From: Candidatus Hydrogenedentota bacterium
GTDB lineage: Bacteria > Hydrogenedentota > Hydrogenedentia > Hydrogenedentales > JAEUWI01
NCBI GenBank assembly: GCA_034669905.1
Contig: JAXMOL010000065.1
Location: forward strand, 1-40,460
Length of the DNA: 40,460 nt
Reading direction: 5' to 3'
Below the pieces are notes generated by a model. It was given only the letters and a program-made list of their open reading frames with translations, had not been told where the DNA came from and made no database searches. Shown here piece after piece: positions 27,817 to 36,148 of this stretch (its first letter is position 1; the number at the start of each line of letters is the position of its first letter). The position numbers and the translations under genes were made by a program.

Positions 27817-28959
27817 CTATGGTGTAAGCGTTTCAAAACAATCCAAATATGGCCGACACTGAAATTGGCGATTTCGCCCAAAGCCGGTCGCTTCTTGTAG
27901 CAAGCCCATTTTTTCGAAATCCTCCACCAAGACGCTTGCCGTATTGAACGACACGTCGAGCACTTCCGCTGCTTCGGCTATCGTACATACCGGGTTGTCA
28001 TATATATACGCCAGGAATCGCGCACCGTTTTCCGCCCTGCGACCGAGCCCCAGAATCAGCTGGTCGTGTTCCTGCTTCATTTCAAACAAACGCTCCAACG
28101 TTTCTTTGCCATTCCGCGCCGTCTCGATGACCGCCTGGAGAAAAAAGCGACACCACTGACCGATATCATTCGAGGCGCGGGTCCGGGAAAGGGCGTCGTA
28201 ATACTGGCTACGGTGCTTCTCGAGGTGAGCCGAGAGATACAGGGATGGCTTGGCCAGAAGCCCATGGCTCACCAGATACAACGTTATCAACAAGCGTCCG
28301 ATACGCCCATTACCATCCAGAAAGGGGTGGATCGTCTCGAACTGGTAATGGCTCAGGGCGATACGGATCAAGTGGGGCACTGCAATCGACTCGTTGTGCC
28401 AGAAAGCCTCCAGATCATCCAACAGCGGACCCATGTCGTCTTGATGTGGCGGAACGAATGCGGCATCAGACACGCTCGCGCCACCGATCCAATTCTGGCT
28501 CTTGCGAAACTCGCCCGGTGACTTAGACGCGCCGCGCGTGCCCCGCATCAATATGCCATGGGTGTTCCGAAGCAGTCGGAGCGACAATGGCAAGCGCTCC
28601 AGCTCGACGATGGCCGTGTTCAGGGCGTCGATGTAGTTACGAACTTCGATTTGGTCGTCCCGACGTTCTGGTGCGATGTCCTTGGGATCGAGAAAGACTT
28701 CCTCCATTTCCGTCTGCGTCCCTTCGATGCGGCTGGACATGGTGGCCTCCTTGGCCACGTGCATGTGGATGAACTGGTCCACGTTGGGCGCGATTGTGGT
28801 CATGGCGTTCAGTTCGCCGAGGGTACGGTTGGCTTCCGCCAGCAATACGTTGATACGCGGATCTTCCCAGTGCCACTCCTGATTGATCAGCGTGGGTTGG
28901 AAGCTCTTGTACTGGTATTGCGGCTTGAAGTGGCCAGCTTGGAAGTCTTCGAATTTCAT
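27817..28959 (-). CDS. Fic family protein (class II, with C-terminal HTH-like region)
   Basis: HPFLDGNGRIGR Fic motif; N-terminal inhibitory motif SSRIEG; C-terminal TIAEAAEVLDVSFNTAS. Confidence 0.95.
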   Translation of the reverse strand: MKFEDFQAGHFKPQYQYKSFQPTLINQEWHWEDPRINVLLAEANRTLGELNAMTTIAPNVDQFIHMHVAKEATMSSRIEGTQTEMEEVFLDPKDIAPERRDDQIEVRNYIDALNTAIVELERLPLSLRLLRNTHGILMRGTRGASKSPGEFRKSQNWIGGASVSDAAFVPPHQDDMGPLLDDLEAFWHNESIAVPHLIRIALSHYQFETIHPFLDGNGRIGRLLITLYLVSHGLLAKPSLYLSAHLEKHRSQYYDALSRTRASNDIGQWCRFFLQAVIETARNGKETLERLFEMKQEHDQLILGLGRRAENGARFLAYIYDNPVCTIAEAAEVLDVSFNTASVLVEDFEKMGLLQEATGFGRNRQFQCRPYLDCFETLTP

Positions 28960-29049
28960 GGGGGATTCCGGGAATCATTGTTGTATTGGGAAACGTGACT
29001 CATGGTACAGCGGCCTATGCGCATATCGTAATCGATTGGAAGGAGCCAA

Positions 29050-29254
29050 CTACAGCTTGTAAAACCACATAAAGGTGTAGTCCCGATCCCAGTTGTTGAT
29101 GTCGTCGCCGCCGCCGAGGTATTCGTCGGGTGCGCCTTCGCGGTAGTGGCTGCGTGCGGGCGGGGCGTACATGTGGGTGGGGTCGTAGCGGGGCTGGTCG
29201 GAGACCTTGTTCTTGCCGAGGGACCAGATGTAGACGTCCATTGCCGCTGGGGCG
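29050..29254 (-). pseudogene. 3' remnant of a GspG/pseudopilin-like gene, truncated at a family A repeat
   Basis: VYIWSLGKN...GGGDDINNWD motif; GC-rich third codon positions; frame runs straight into the repeat at 29255; no RBS. Confidence 0.6.
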
Positions 29255-29460
29255 GGGGACGGCCCCGACTATCTTATGGCGAGTTGCTTCTTACGGCGTG
29301 CTGTTTCGCCAATGTGCTGGCTTCGCTTTTCCAAATACGTGACGTCGGTGCAGTCCCCGGGAACTGCACCGACGTCGTGATGTGAAGCTACGCACATGAA
29401 CCTTGTGGCCCAATCGCGACTTTGCCCACGCATGCTAACTTGCTAGTCGGGGCCGTCCCC
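29255..29460. repeat. Two family A units in inverted orientation (104 and 102 bp)
   Basis: ggggacggccccgac...gtcggtgcagtcccc (29255-29358), then gggaactgcaccgac...gtcggggccgtcccc (29359-29460). Confidence 0.85.
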
Positions 29461-29704
29461 CTCTGGAAAGTGATCTGGTCGCAAAAAGATTAGGACTTGC
29501 GTGTGGCGTGGTGCCGGCGGGCCGGCGACGCTCCATAGGGGTGGCCGCGCACGTCTCCGAAAAGTTCCGTATCACTGAATAATTTGGGTGATATAGTGGT
29601 AGATAGCGAATACACGTCGCAAAACCGCCGGTCGTCCATCTGGGGCCGGGTCTGCTTGAACGAACTCTTCCATTATTTTTACACCATATACAGGAGATAA
29701 TCTC

Positions 29705-30643
29705 ATGGGTAAAGTGATTCAATATGGCGGCTGGGCGGTCGCCCTGGCATTGTTCCTCTACAGCGCATTCTTGACCAGCCAACTTACGAAGAGTCGCGAT
29801 GCACTGTCCACTGCCGACCACACCGGTGTGGTGAAGGAACCCGCCATTGAGAAGGCTCCAGCACACGTGATGCTTGAAGAAAAGCTTCGCGAGACGGAAG
29901 CCAAGCTTGCTGAGGCCAACGCGTTGCTTGCGGAGGCATCCCAGCCAGATAGCCCGGTTCCCATGGAGGAGGAGGCTCCGGAGGTGTCCGAAGCCGTGTC
30001 GGATGATGGGAAAGACGATGAAGAGGCTAATGACGCCGAACCCTCCCAACAAGAGCGAATTGCGCAGGCACAAGCGGGTGCGATGGTCGATATGATCTAT
30101 GGAGACCTCCTTGCGGAACTCGGCCTGACGCCCGAGCAGGCGGCGCCTTTCAAAGAGGCGATGGCGGCCAACATGCTCAAGGAACAGAAGTTGATGCAGG
30201 GGGCGTTCGCATCGAAGGATCGCCCCGCGAAATCGGTGCGCGCCGAGCGGCTCACCTTGGAAGCGAGCTTGCGGGCGAAGCTGACCGATGTTCTGACCCC
30301 GGAAGAGCTGGCGGCTTACGACAACTATGAGCCGGTTGCCGACCAGATTCTCTATGAGAAACTGGTGGAAGGGCAGTTGAATATGTTGGCATCGGGATTG
30401 AACGAAGAAAATCGTATTTTGACAAGCCAGGTCGTGGCCGAAGAGTTGGTTCGGGAAATCGAGCAGTTCGATCAGTCGGAAGATCTGTACACCATGACAA
30501 ATTTTAACGCCGCCCAGGCGCGGGCCCTGCACAGTAGCCTGGACCGAATGGCCGAAGCGCTCGATGCGGACCAGCTTGCGTTGGTAGACGGGTTCGTTAC
30601 CCAGGCCCTGGCCGTATTTGACGCCATGGCGGAGAATGAGTAG
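29705..30643 (+). CDS. Membrane-anchored acidic helical / coiled-coil hypothetical protein
   Basis: AGGAG RBS; N-terminal TM helix; ELGLTPEQ and VLTPEELAAY helical motifs. Confidence 0.85.
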   Translation: MGKVIQYGGWAVALALFLYSAFLTSQLTKSRDALSTADHTGVVKEPAIEKAPAHVMLEEKLRETEAKLAEANALLAEASQPDSPVPMEEEAPEVSEAVSDDGKDDEEANDAEPSQQERIAQAQAGAMVDMIYGDLLAELGLTPEQAAPFKEAMAANMLKEQKLMQGAFASKDRPAKSVRAERLTLEASLRAKLTDVLTPEELAAYDNYEPVADQILYEKLVEGQLNMLASGLNEENRILTSQVVAEELVREIEQFDQSEDLYTMTNFNAAQARALHSSLDRMAEALDADQLALVDGFVTQALAVFDAMAENE

Positions 30644-30694
30644 GGCCGGCTGCCACAAGGCGAGGGCATGCTCTGAAGTCGTGTGGGGCTGAAT

Positions 30695-30935
30695 CTGCAA
30701 TATGCCGGGAGCAAGCTCCCTTATAAAGGATAGCAGCAAGCTGCCACACTCCAAAGGGTAGGCCGTGTGGGGTTCTGAGTCGTGTTGGGGAGGGGGTGGG
30801 TGCCACCCTCAAGCCCCGGCGGTTCCCGCCGTGCTTGTGGGTGAGGTGTTGTCGGTTTGGATTCAACGGCCTGCAACTTGCCGGGAGCAAGCTCCCTCAC
30901 GAAGGGTAGCAGCAAGCTGCCACACTCCAGAGGGT
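30695..30935 (+). repeat. Direct repeats (176-bp period) of a REP-like arm
   Basis: ctgcaa...ccgggagcaagctccc...agcagcaagctgccacactcca at 30695-30759 and 30871-30935. Confidence 0.85.
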
Positions 30936-30968
30936 GCGCTTCGCGAGATTCTGAGTCAAGTTGGGGAG

Positions 30969-31072
30969 GGGGACGGCCCCGACTGTCCGGTGGCCTGTTG
31001 CTTTTTCGGGTGATCTGTTCCGCCCGCACGTGCACCGTATTACGTTACATATGCGATGTCGGTGCAGTCCCC
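30969..31072 (+). repeat. Family A unit (104 bp)
   Basis: ggggacggccccgac...gtcggtgcagtcccc. Confidence 0.85.
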
Positions 31073-31084
31073 GTGTTGCCGGTC

Positions 31085-32053
31085 TTAGTCCCGTTCGTAG
31101 GCGCGGAGGGCGTCGAGGGCGGTTTGGAAATCCTGGGGCGGCGGGGCGTTGTAGACGAGACGTTCGCCAGTGCGGGGGTGGGTGATTCCCAGCCGTTCGG
31201 CGTGGAGGGCCTGGCCGATGAGCCCTTTGAGGGCCGCGCGGAGTTCGTCGGAGATGACCCAGTGGCGGTATTCGTGTTCGCCATAGATGGGGTCGCCGAG
31301 TACGGGGCGGCTGGCAAATCGCATGTGGACGCGAATCTGGTGGGTGCGGCCGGTTTCGAGCTGGAGGCCCACGAGGGAGGCGATGCCGAAGCGTTCGAGG
31401 ACTTCAAAGTTGGTGACGGCTTCTTTGGCGCGGATGCCGGTGACGGCCATTTTGCTGCGGTCGGTGAGGCTACGCCCGATGTTGGCGTTGACGCGGCCCC
31501 GGTCTTCTTTGAACTCCCCACGCACGAGGCAGAGGTAGCGGCGCTCAAAGGTGTGGGCGGCGGCCTGGGCGGCAAGGTGCTTGAAGGCGACCTCGTTCTT
31601 GGCGATGACCATCACGCCCGAGGTGTCGCGGTCGAGTCGGTGGACGATGCCGGGCCGTATCATGTCTTCGCCCGCGCGCTTAAAGTCGGGGCAGGCATGG
31701 AGGATGGCGTTCACCAAGGTACCGGTGTGGTGTCCGGGAGCGGGATGGACCACCATGCCGGAGGCCTTGTTAACGAGGACAAGGTCTTCGTCTTCATAGA
31801 GGATGTCGAGGGGGATGTCTTCGGGCTCGGGCCAGGCCGAGGGCGAAGGGGGCACATCGATGGTGAGGGTTTCGCCGGCCACCATGGAGCGCGAAGGCTT
31901 GGTGCAGGCCTTGCCATCGATGAGGACCCGCTTGTCCTTGATGAGTTTTTTGAGATAGGAGCGGGTCGCATCTTCCACGACGCCAGCCAGATACACATCG
32001 AGCCGGAGGCCGGCATCTTCTTCTTCGGTAGTACAGGTAACGATTTCGCTCAA
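31085..32053 (-). CDS. rluD: RluA-family 23S rRNA pseudouridine synthase with S4 domain
   Basis: RLD S4 region; VNKASGMVVHPAPG, RPGIVHRLDRDTSG, ETGRTHQIRVH and QALHA motifs; TTG start. Confidence 0.92.
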   Translation of the reverse strand: MSEIVTCTTEEEDAGLRLDVYLAGVVEDATRSYLKKLIKDKRVLIDGKACTKPSRSMVAGETLTIDVPPSPSAWPEPEDIPLDILYEDEDLVLVNKASGMVVHPAPGHHTGTLVNAILHACPDFKRAGEDMIRPGIVHRLDRDTSGVMVIAKNEVAFKHLAAQAAAHTFERRYLCLVRGEFKEDRGRVNANIGRSLTDRSKMAVTGIRAKEAVTNFEVLERFGIASLVGLQLETGRTHQIRVHMRFASRPVLGDPIYGEHEYRHWVISDELRAALKGLIGQALHAERLGITHPRTGERLVYNAPPPQDFQTALDALRAYERD

Positions 32054-32131
32054 CGTGTTCCGACTTTCTGTAGGGGTATAGGTGTTTTGCCACGCGGGTG
32101 CGCGGCATATCGTTATCGGGTCCGGGCTTGC

Positions 32132-32590
32132 TTACCCGTGAATTTCTCTAAAATGCATCACCGCCGCCATGAAGTCATCGCCGAGAAAGTGGGGGAGGTA
32201 GTCTCCCGCCTCTTCCGCTTCGAGCCGATTGGTCACGTCGTTGATGGCCTGGGCCAACAAATCGACCATTACACACCAGAGATCATAGTGTTTGCGCCAA
32301 TAGGCCGGATCCGCTTCCAGCAGGGCCACCATCAGGTCCCCTTCATGGGTGGCGGCCTGTTGAAAGGGATTCGTCATGAGCCGCGCGATGGCGGCCGGCA
32401 CGATGAAACGAAGACTCACCTTCCATTGGAGGAGTTGCATCAACTCTCCGGCATTCAATTTTCCGACGGGCTTGGTCGCCAGGCTGTGGGCGTGGGGCGG
32501 CGCATCATACTCATCCACCGAAAAGGTCCAATCGGAATCTTCCAGTTCCACCAGGGAACGGTGGCTGTCAAATGTGACGGGATTCTCCAT
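32132..32590 (-). CDS. CdiI-like immunity protein (CdiI_3-type)
   Basis: SLVELE...W, H.L..KPV..L...EL, VP.AI..L..NPF and EGDLM.ALL....YW pattern; AAAGGAGG RBS. Confidence 0.75.
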   Translation of the reverse strand: MENPVTFDSHRSLVELEDSDWTFSVDEYDAPPHAHSLATKPVGKLNAGELMQLLQWKVSLRFIVPAAIARLMTNPFQQAATHEGDLMVALLEADPAYWRKHYDLWCVMVDLLAQAINDVTNRLEAEEAGDYLPHFLGDDFMAAVMHFREIHG

Positions 32591-32770
32591 GGGCCTCCTT
32601 TCGCCGGCTGTTCCGGTCCTCGGCATCCCCTTATGATAGCACGTTATCGGCAGGCGGTTCGCCCGAAGCGGAATTGGCATAACCGGGGGGCACCGCTGCC
32701 CACGGGCCCAATGGGGTGCAATGCAGCTGCCGAAATAATGGGAGACTTAACGCACAGAAGGGGGGATGAC

Positions 32771-33193
32771 ATGGAATTGATGATGTTGGCCCAGGGGGAG
32801 GCCTGGATGAATGAGGAAGAGCGGCGGCTGAACAGCCAGTTTGTCGTCGGTGTCCGTGCCTTGCTCGAGAGTCGTGGCGTGACGGAGAATCCGCTGCTGT
32901 CCCTGCGGGTGAACGATGTGGTGGTGTCGTGGTTGCTGGTACGGCGGATGGAGGCCCGTTTGGGGGAGGAGGGGGAGCCCGAGGGGGGCACCACCACGAC
33001 TCCGGCCGCCGCCGATGCCATTGGGAAGAGTCGGGAACGGCTCCGAAAGTCGATTAAGGATTTGGAGGATTACTGTGCCCGGGCGGGCACGCCTATCGAT
33101 ACGGGGCTGGCCGACATCATGAAGCCCGTCATCCAGCAGGTGCAGGGGACCCGGCCTTTTTTTGAGGGCGTTCCGGGAGGGGGCGATGTTTGA
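32771..33193 (+). CDS. Helical hypothetical protein (140 aa), possibly terminase small-subunit-like
   Basis: 3' part of ORF 30857-33193; purine-rich RBS before the ATG at 32771; host-like codon usage. Confidence 0.7.
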   Translation: MELMMLAQGEAWMNEEERRLNSQFVVGVRALLESRGVTENPLLSLRVNDVVVSWLLVRRMEARLGEEGEPEGGTTTTPAAADAIGKSRERLRKSIKDLEDYCARAGTPIDTGLADIMKPVIQQVQGTRPFFEGVPGGGDV

Positions 33194-33225
33194 TTCCCCG
33201 GGTCCCGATATGCGATACCAAGGCC

Positions 33226-33660
33226 ATGAAAATTATCTCCTTAGTCGCCTTGTGCGCCCTGATCTTCCTGCCCGGCTGTGCGTCCACCCCCAAGACCTCG
33301 GGTCCTCCTGTGGTGCGGGAACTGCTCACCACGGGCTACTGCAAGTGTGGTATCTGCTGCAATTGGACCCACACAACCTTCCTGCGCCGGACGGTGATTA
33401 AGAAGGGGCCCAATAAGGGCGAGCGGAAAAAAGTTCGGAAGACGGCGAGTGGGGAAATGGCGAAGAAGGGTACCATTGCGGCGGACCCCAGCGTCTACCC
33501 CTTTGGCACGGTCATGTACATCCCCGGCTATGGGTATGGCACGGTGCAGGATGTGGGCGGGGCCATTAAGGGGCAGCACATCGATCTGTATTTCGGGAGC
33601 CACGAAGCGGCTACCAAATGGGGCAAGCAGCAGAAACAGGTCCAGGTCTGGTTTCCCTGA
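33226..33660 (+). CDS. 3D-domain lipoprotein (MltA-like peptidoglycan-active domain)
   Basis: Lipobox LPGC; IAADP...PFGT, QDVGGAIKG and IDLYF contain the three Asp residues. Confidence 0.9.
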   Translation: MKIISLVALCALIFLPGCASTPKTSGPPVVRELLTTGYCKCGICCNWTHTTFLRRTVIKKGPNKGERKKVRKTASGEMAKKGTIAADPSVYPFGTVMYIPGYGYGTVQDVGGAIKGQHIDLYFGSHEAATKWGKQQKQVQVWFP

Positions 33661-34611
33661 TCAGGACGTGCCGTTGTGGGTGGCCAGGAATTCTACCGTT
33701 AAGGTCGCCAGGTCTTTCCCCTCAAACTCGCCTTCCCAGGCGCCATGGCCTTCCCCAGAGATGGGGTAATAGGCCACCGGGATACCCTTTTCATTGCAGG
33801 CGTCGCGGATTTCGATAGCGGGTGCCAGGGACAATCCCACGGTGAAATCATTGGTGCCGTGGAAAATCATGACCGGGGGATCACTGCTGTCAAAGGCATT
33901 GATGACCGGGGCCGCACTTCCCCAGCAATCGATGATAGCCCGGGTCTGGGTCGAAACGCCGGGGTTATTCTCCGCAGGGACCGGAAAGCCTGGTCCATCA
34001 CTGCTGAAGAGGTTGTCCCCCGTGAGGCCGGCCGCCAGCGCCGCAAAGGCGCCTGCCGACTCTCCCCACACGACAATACGATTGGGGTCTACCCGCAGGG
34101 CGGCCGCATTGGCACGCACATAGCGCAGGGCCGTTTTGGCATCCACAAAGGAGGCGTGCATGGCGCTTCGCAATTCCAGGGCGTCAAAGATGGAGCCGGA
34201 CGCATCGGGCTCCCAGTCGGCCGGGGCCGGGGGATTGTCGCCCTTGAGGCGGTAGTCGATGAGGAAGCAGGCGTAGCCCGCCAGGGCCAGGGCATTGGCC
34301 TGGACGAGTAATTCCTCGTCGGCCTTCGTACCGCTTTCGAAGGAGCCCCCGTGGATCATGACGACGGCGGGCCGATTCTCTTCCGTGCCCTCCATTTCGA
34401 CGAGGTCATACTTCAGGTCGACGAGCTGGTAGGTGCCGGATTCCCCCGTGATTTCCACATTGCCCTTGCCGTAGGTCAGGTCTACCGTGCGGATGACGCC
34501 GGGAGACAGGGGGCCGGGGCAGCCACTCATGAGGGCAGCGACAGTGAGACATCCCGCGAGGATGCCCAGGGGAAGGGCGCGAACGTTGGGTCTTTTCCAT
34601 AGTGTTTTCAT
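33661..34611 (-). CDS. Alpha/beta hydrolase (carboxylesterase-like), probable lipoprotein
   Basis: IHGGSF, DYRL, GESAG, HGTND and GEGH motifs; lipobox-like MSGC. Confidence 0.9.
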   Translation of the reverse strand: MKTLWKRPNVRALPLGILAGCLTVAALMSGCPGPLSPGVIRTVDLTYGKGNVEITGESGTYQLVDLKYDLVEMEGTEENRPAVVMIHGGSFESGTKADEELLVQANALALAGYACFLIDYRLKGDNPPAPADWEPDASGSIFDALELRSAMHASFVDAKTALRYVRANAAALRVDPNRIVVWGESAGAFAALAAGLTGDNLFSSDGPGFPVPAENNPGVSTQTRAIIDCWGSAAPVINAFDSSDPPVMIFHGTNDFTVGLSLAPAIEIRDACNEKGIPVAYYPISGEGHGAWEGEFEGKDLATLTVEFLATHNGTS

Positions 34612-34674
34612 ACCTACAGTATACCCAAAAAGCGAAACCTGGCGCAGAATGGCGCCCGTTTGGAAAGGAGCACC

Positions 34675-36135
34675 ATGAATCTATCCCTCCCTTCACCGGA
34701 AACTGTGCAGTCCCTCGGCCTTTCCGAAGCCGAGGCACGGCAATGGTTGGCCCTCCAGGATCGGGCAACTTTTGTGGAGACCTATTTCTCCGATCGGGCA
34801 GGTACGCCGTGGCGGGTGCGGGACTACCAGCGGGCCTCCCTCAATTCGCAGGCCGCGCGCAAGGTACATTGCGACGGCCGTGACGTGGGGAAGACCACCG
34901 AAATAGAAGCCATCGCCTGTTGGGCCATGGTCGCTTGTCCCGATTCGGAGATGCTCATCGCCACACAGACGGAGAACCAGCTCTTCCCCCTGATGAACCG
35001 CATTGCCCGGCGCTTTGAAAACACGGCCGCCTTCGCGCCGTCATTGGTGGAGATGAAGCGGTCGCCCTCGTGGTATTTTCGTTTTTCCAATGGGTTTGTG
35101 TTGTGGGGGCGCATCGCCGGGCCCCGGGGGACCAATTTTCAGGGGATGCACGTGGATTGGCAGATCGTGGATGAGGCCCAGGAAATGACGGACACGGCCT
35201 GGGGCGAACTCTATCAGGCCCTCAACGGCGGCGGGCGTCGCTGGGTCTATGGCGTGCCCAATGGCCTGCGCAATACCTTTTACCGCATGAGCCAGATGCC
35301 CGACGCCGAGCAATACAACTGGCCGAGTAGCATTAACCCGGACTTTGATGGGGAGAAGGAGCGGGAGCTGGCCCATCTCTACGGTGGGCGGAACACACCG
35401 GGCTATATGCACCGGGTATTGGGCCAGCACGGCGCGCCGTTACACGCGGTCTTTTCCCTGGATGAGTATCTCCAATGCGTCGAGGAGGGTATGGAATTTG
35501 AAGACATTACCCTCCGCGAAGGGGAGGCCTTCGCGGGCCCGGAATGGGTTGCGCCCGGCGATTATTACCTGGGTTGTGATCTGGGTTATGCGCGGGACCC
35601 CTCGGAGTTTGTGGTCTATCGCAATGCCGCGCCCTATCTGGAAAATGTGTTGCGGGTGCATCTGGAGGGTGTTAACTATGCGCGGCAGCAAGAGGTCATT
35701 GCGTCGCTGGACCGGGTCTATGATTTTCGGGGAATTGGGATTGATGCGGGCAACAGCGGTCGGGCTGTGGCCCATCAGTTGATGGCCCTGGGGGAGGCAT
35801 GGTGTGCGAAGATTCAGGCCTTTGAGTTTGGCGGCACCATGGAACTCCAGCCCCTGTCCGACGGTCGCCTGGTGCGGCGGCGGGTGAAGGAGTTCATGAC
35901 CGAGCTGCTGCAACGGCGGATGCACGAGGGGACCCTACGTTTTCCGGCGCTGGCCGATCGGGAGAGCCAGTATGCAGCCCACACCTATGCCGTGGGGGCT
36001 TCGGGGCAGATTGTCTACGAGAAGGGCCATGATCACCTCATCGATGCGGACCGGTGCGCCGTTTTGCGGCATTATCGGGACCAGTTGGAGGAGGCCGTGT
36101 CGACCTGTCCCGGGATCGGGCTTGCGGGATTCTGA
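34675..36135 (+). CDS. Phage terminase large subunit-like protein
   Basis: YQ motif, Walker A GRDVGKTT, Walker B WQIVDE, GVPNG; RNase H-like nuclease motifs LGCDLG, GIDAG and HDHLIDA; AAGGAG RBS. Confidence 0.88.
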   Translation: MNLSLPSPETVQSLGLSEAEARQWLALQDRATFVETYFSDRAGTPWRVRDYQRASLNSQAARKVHCDGRDVGKTTEIEAIACWAMVACPDSEMLIATQTENQLFPLMNRIARRFENTAAFAPSLVEMKRSPSWYFRFSNGFVLWGRIAGPRGTNFQGMHVDWQIVDEAQEMTDTAWGELYQALNGGGRRWVYGVPNGLRNTFYRMSQMPDAEQYNWPSSINPDFDGEKERELAHLYGGRNTPGYMHRVLGQHGAPLHAVFSLDEYLQCVEEGMEFEDITLREGEAFAGPEWVAPGDYYLGCDLGYARDPSEFVVYRNAAPYLENVLRVHLEGVNYARQQEVIASLDRVYDFRGIGIDAGNSGRAVAHQLMALGEAWCAKIQAFEFGGTMELQPLSDGRLVRRRVKEFMTELLQRRMHEGTLRFPALADRESQYAAHTYAVGASGQIVYEKGHDHLIDADRCAVLRHYRDQLEEAVSTCPGIGLAGF

Positions 36136-36148
36136 GGGGCGCAGGAGG

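Noticed and set aside
29255..29460. Family A units as integron attC sites
   Set aside because: No RYYYAAC/GTTRRRY core ends, no integrase and no cassette array
30857..32770. 5' part of the 778-aa plus-strand ORF
   Set aside because: It is the antisense shadow of rluD and the CdiI-like gene and starts inside repeats; only 32771-33193 looks coding
32666..34643. Shared upstream motif aagcggaattggc / aagcgaaacctggc before the TerS-like and TerL genes
   Set aside because: Too short and gapped to distinguish from chance; neither fits sigma-54 GG-N10-GC spacing
32771..36135. Calling this region a prophage
   Set aside because: No integrase, att sites, portal, capsid, tail genes or compositional shift; cellular genes are interspersed
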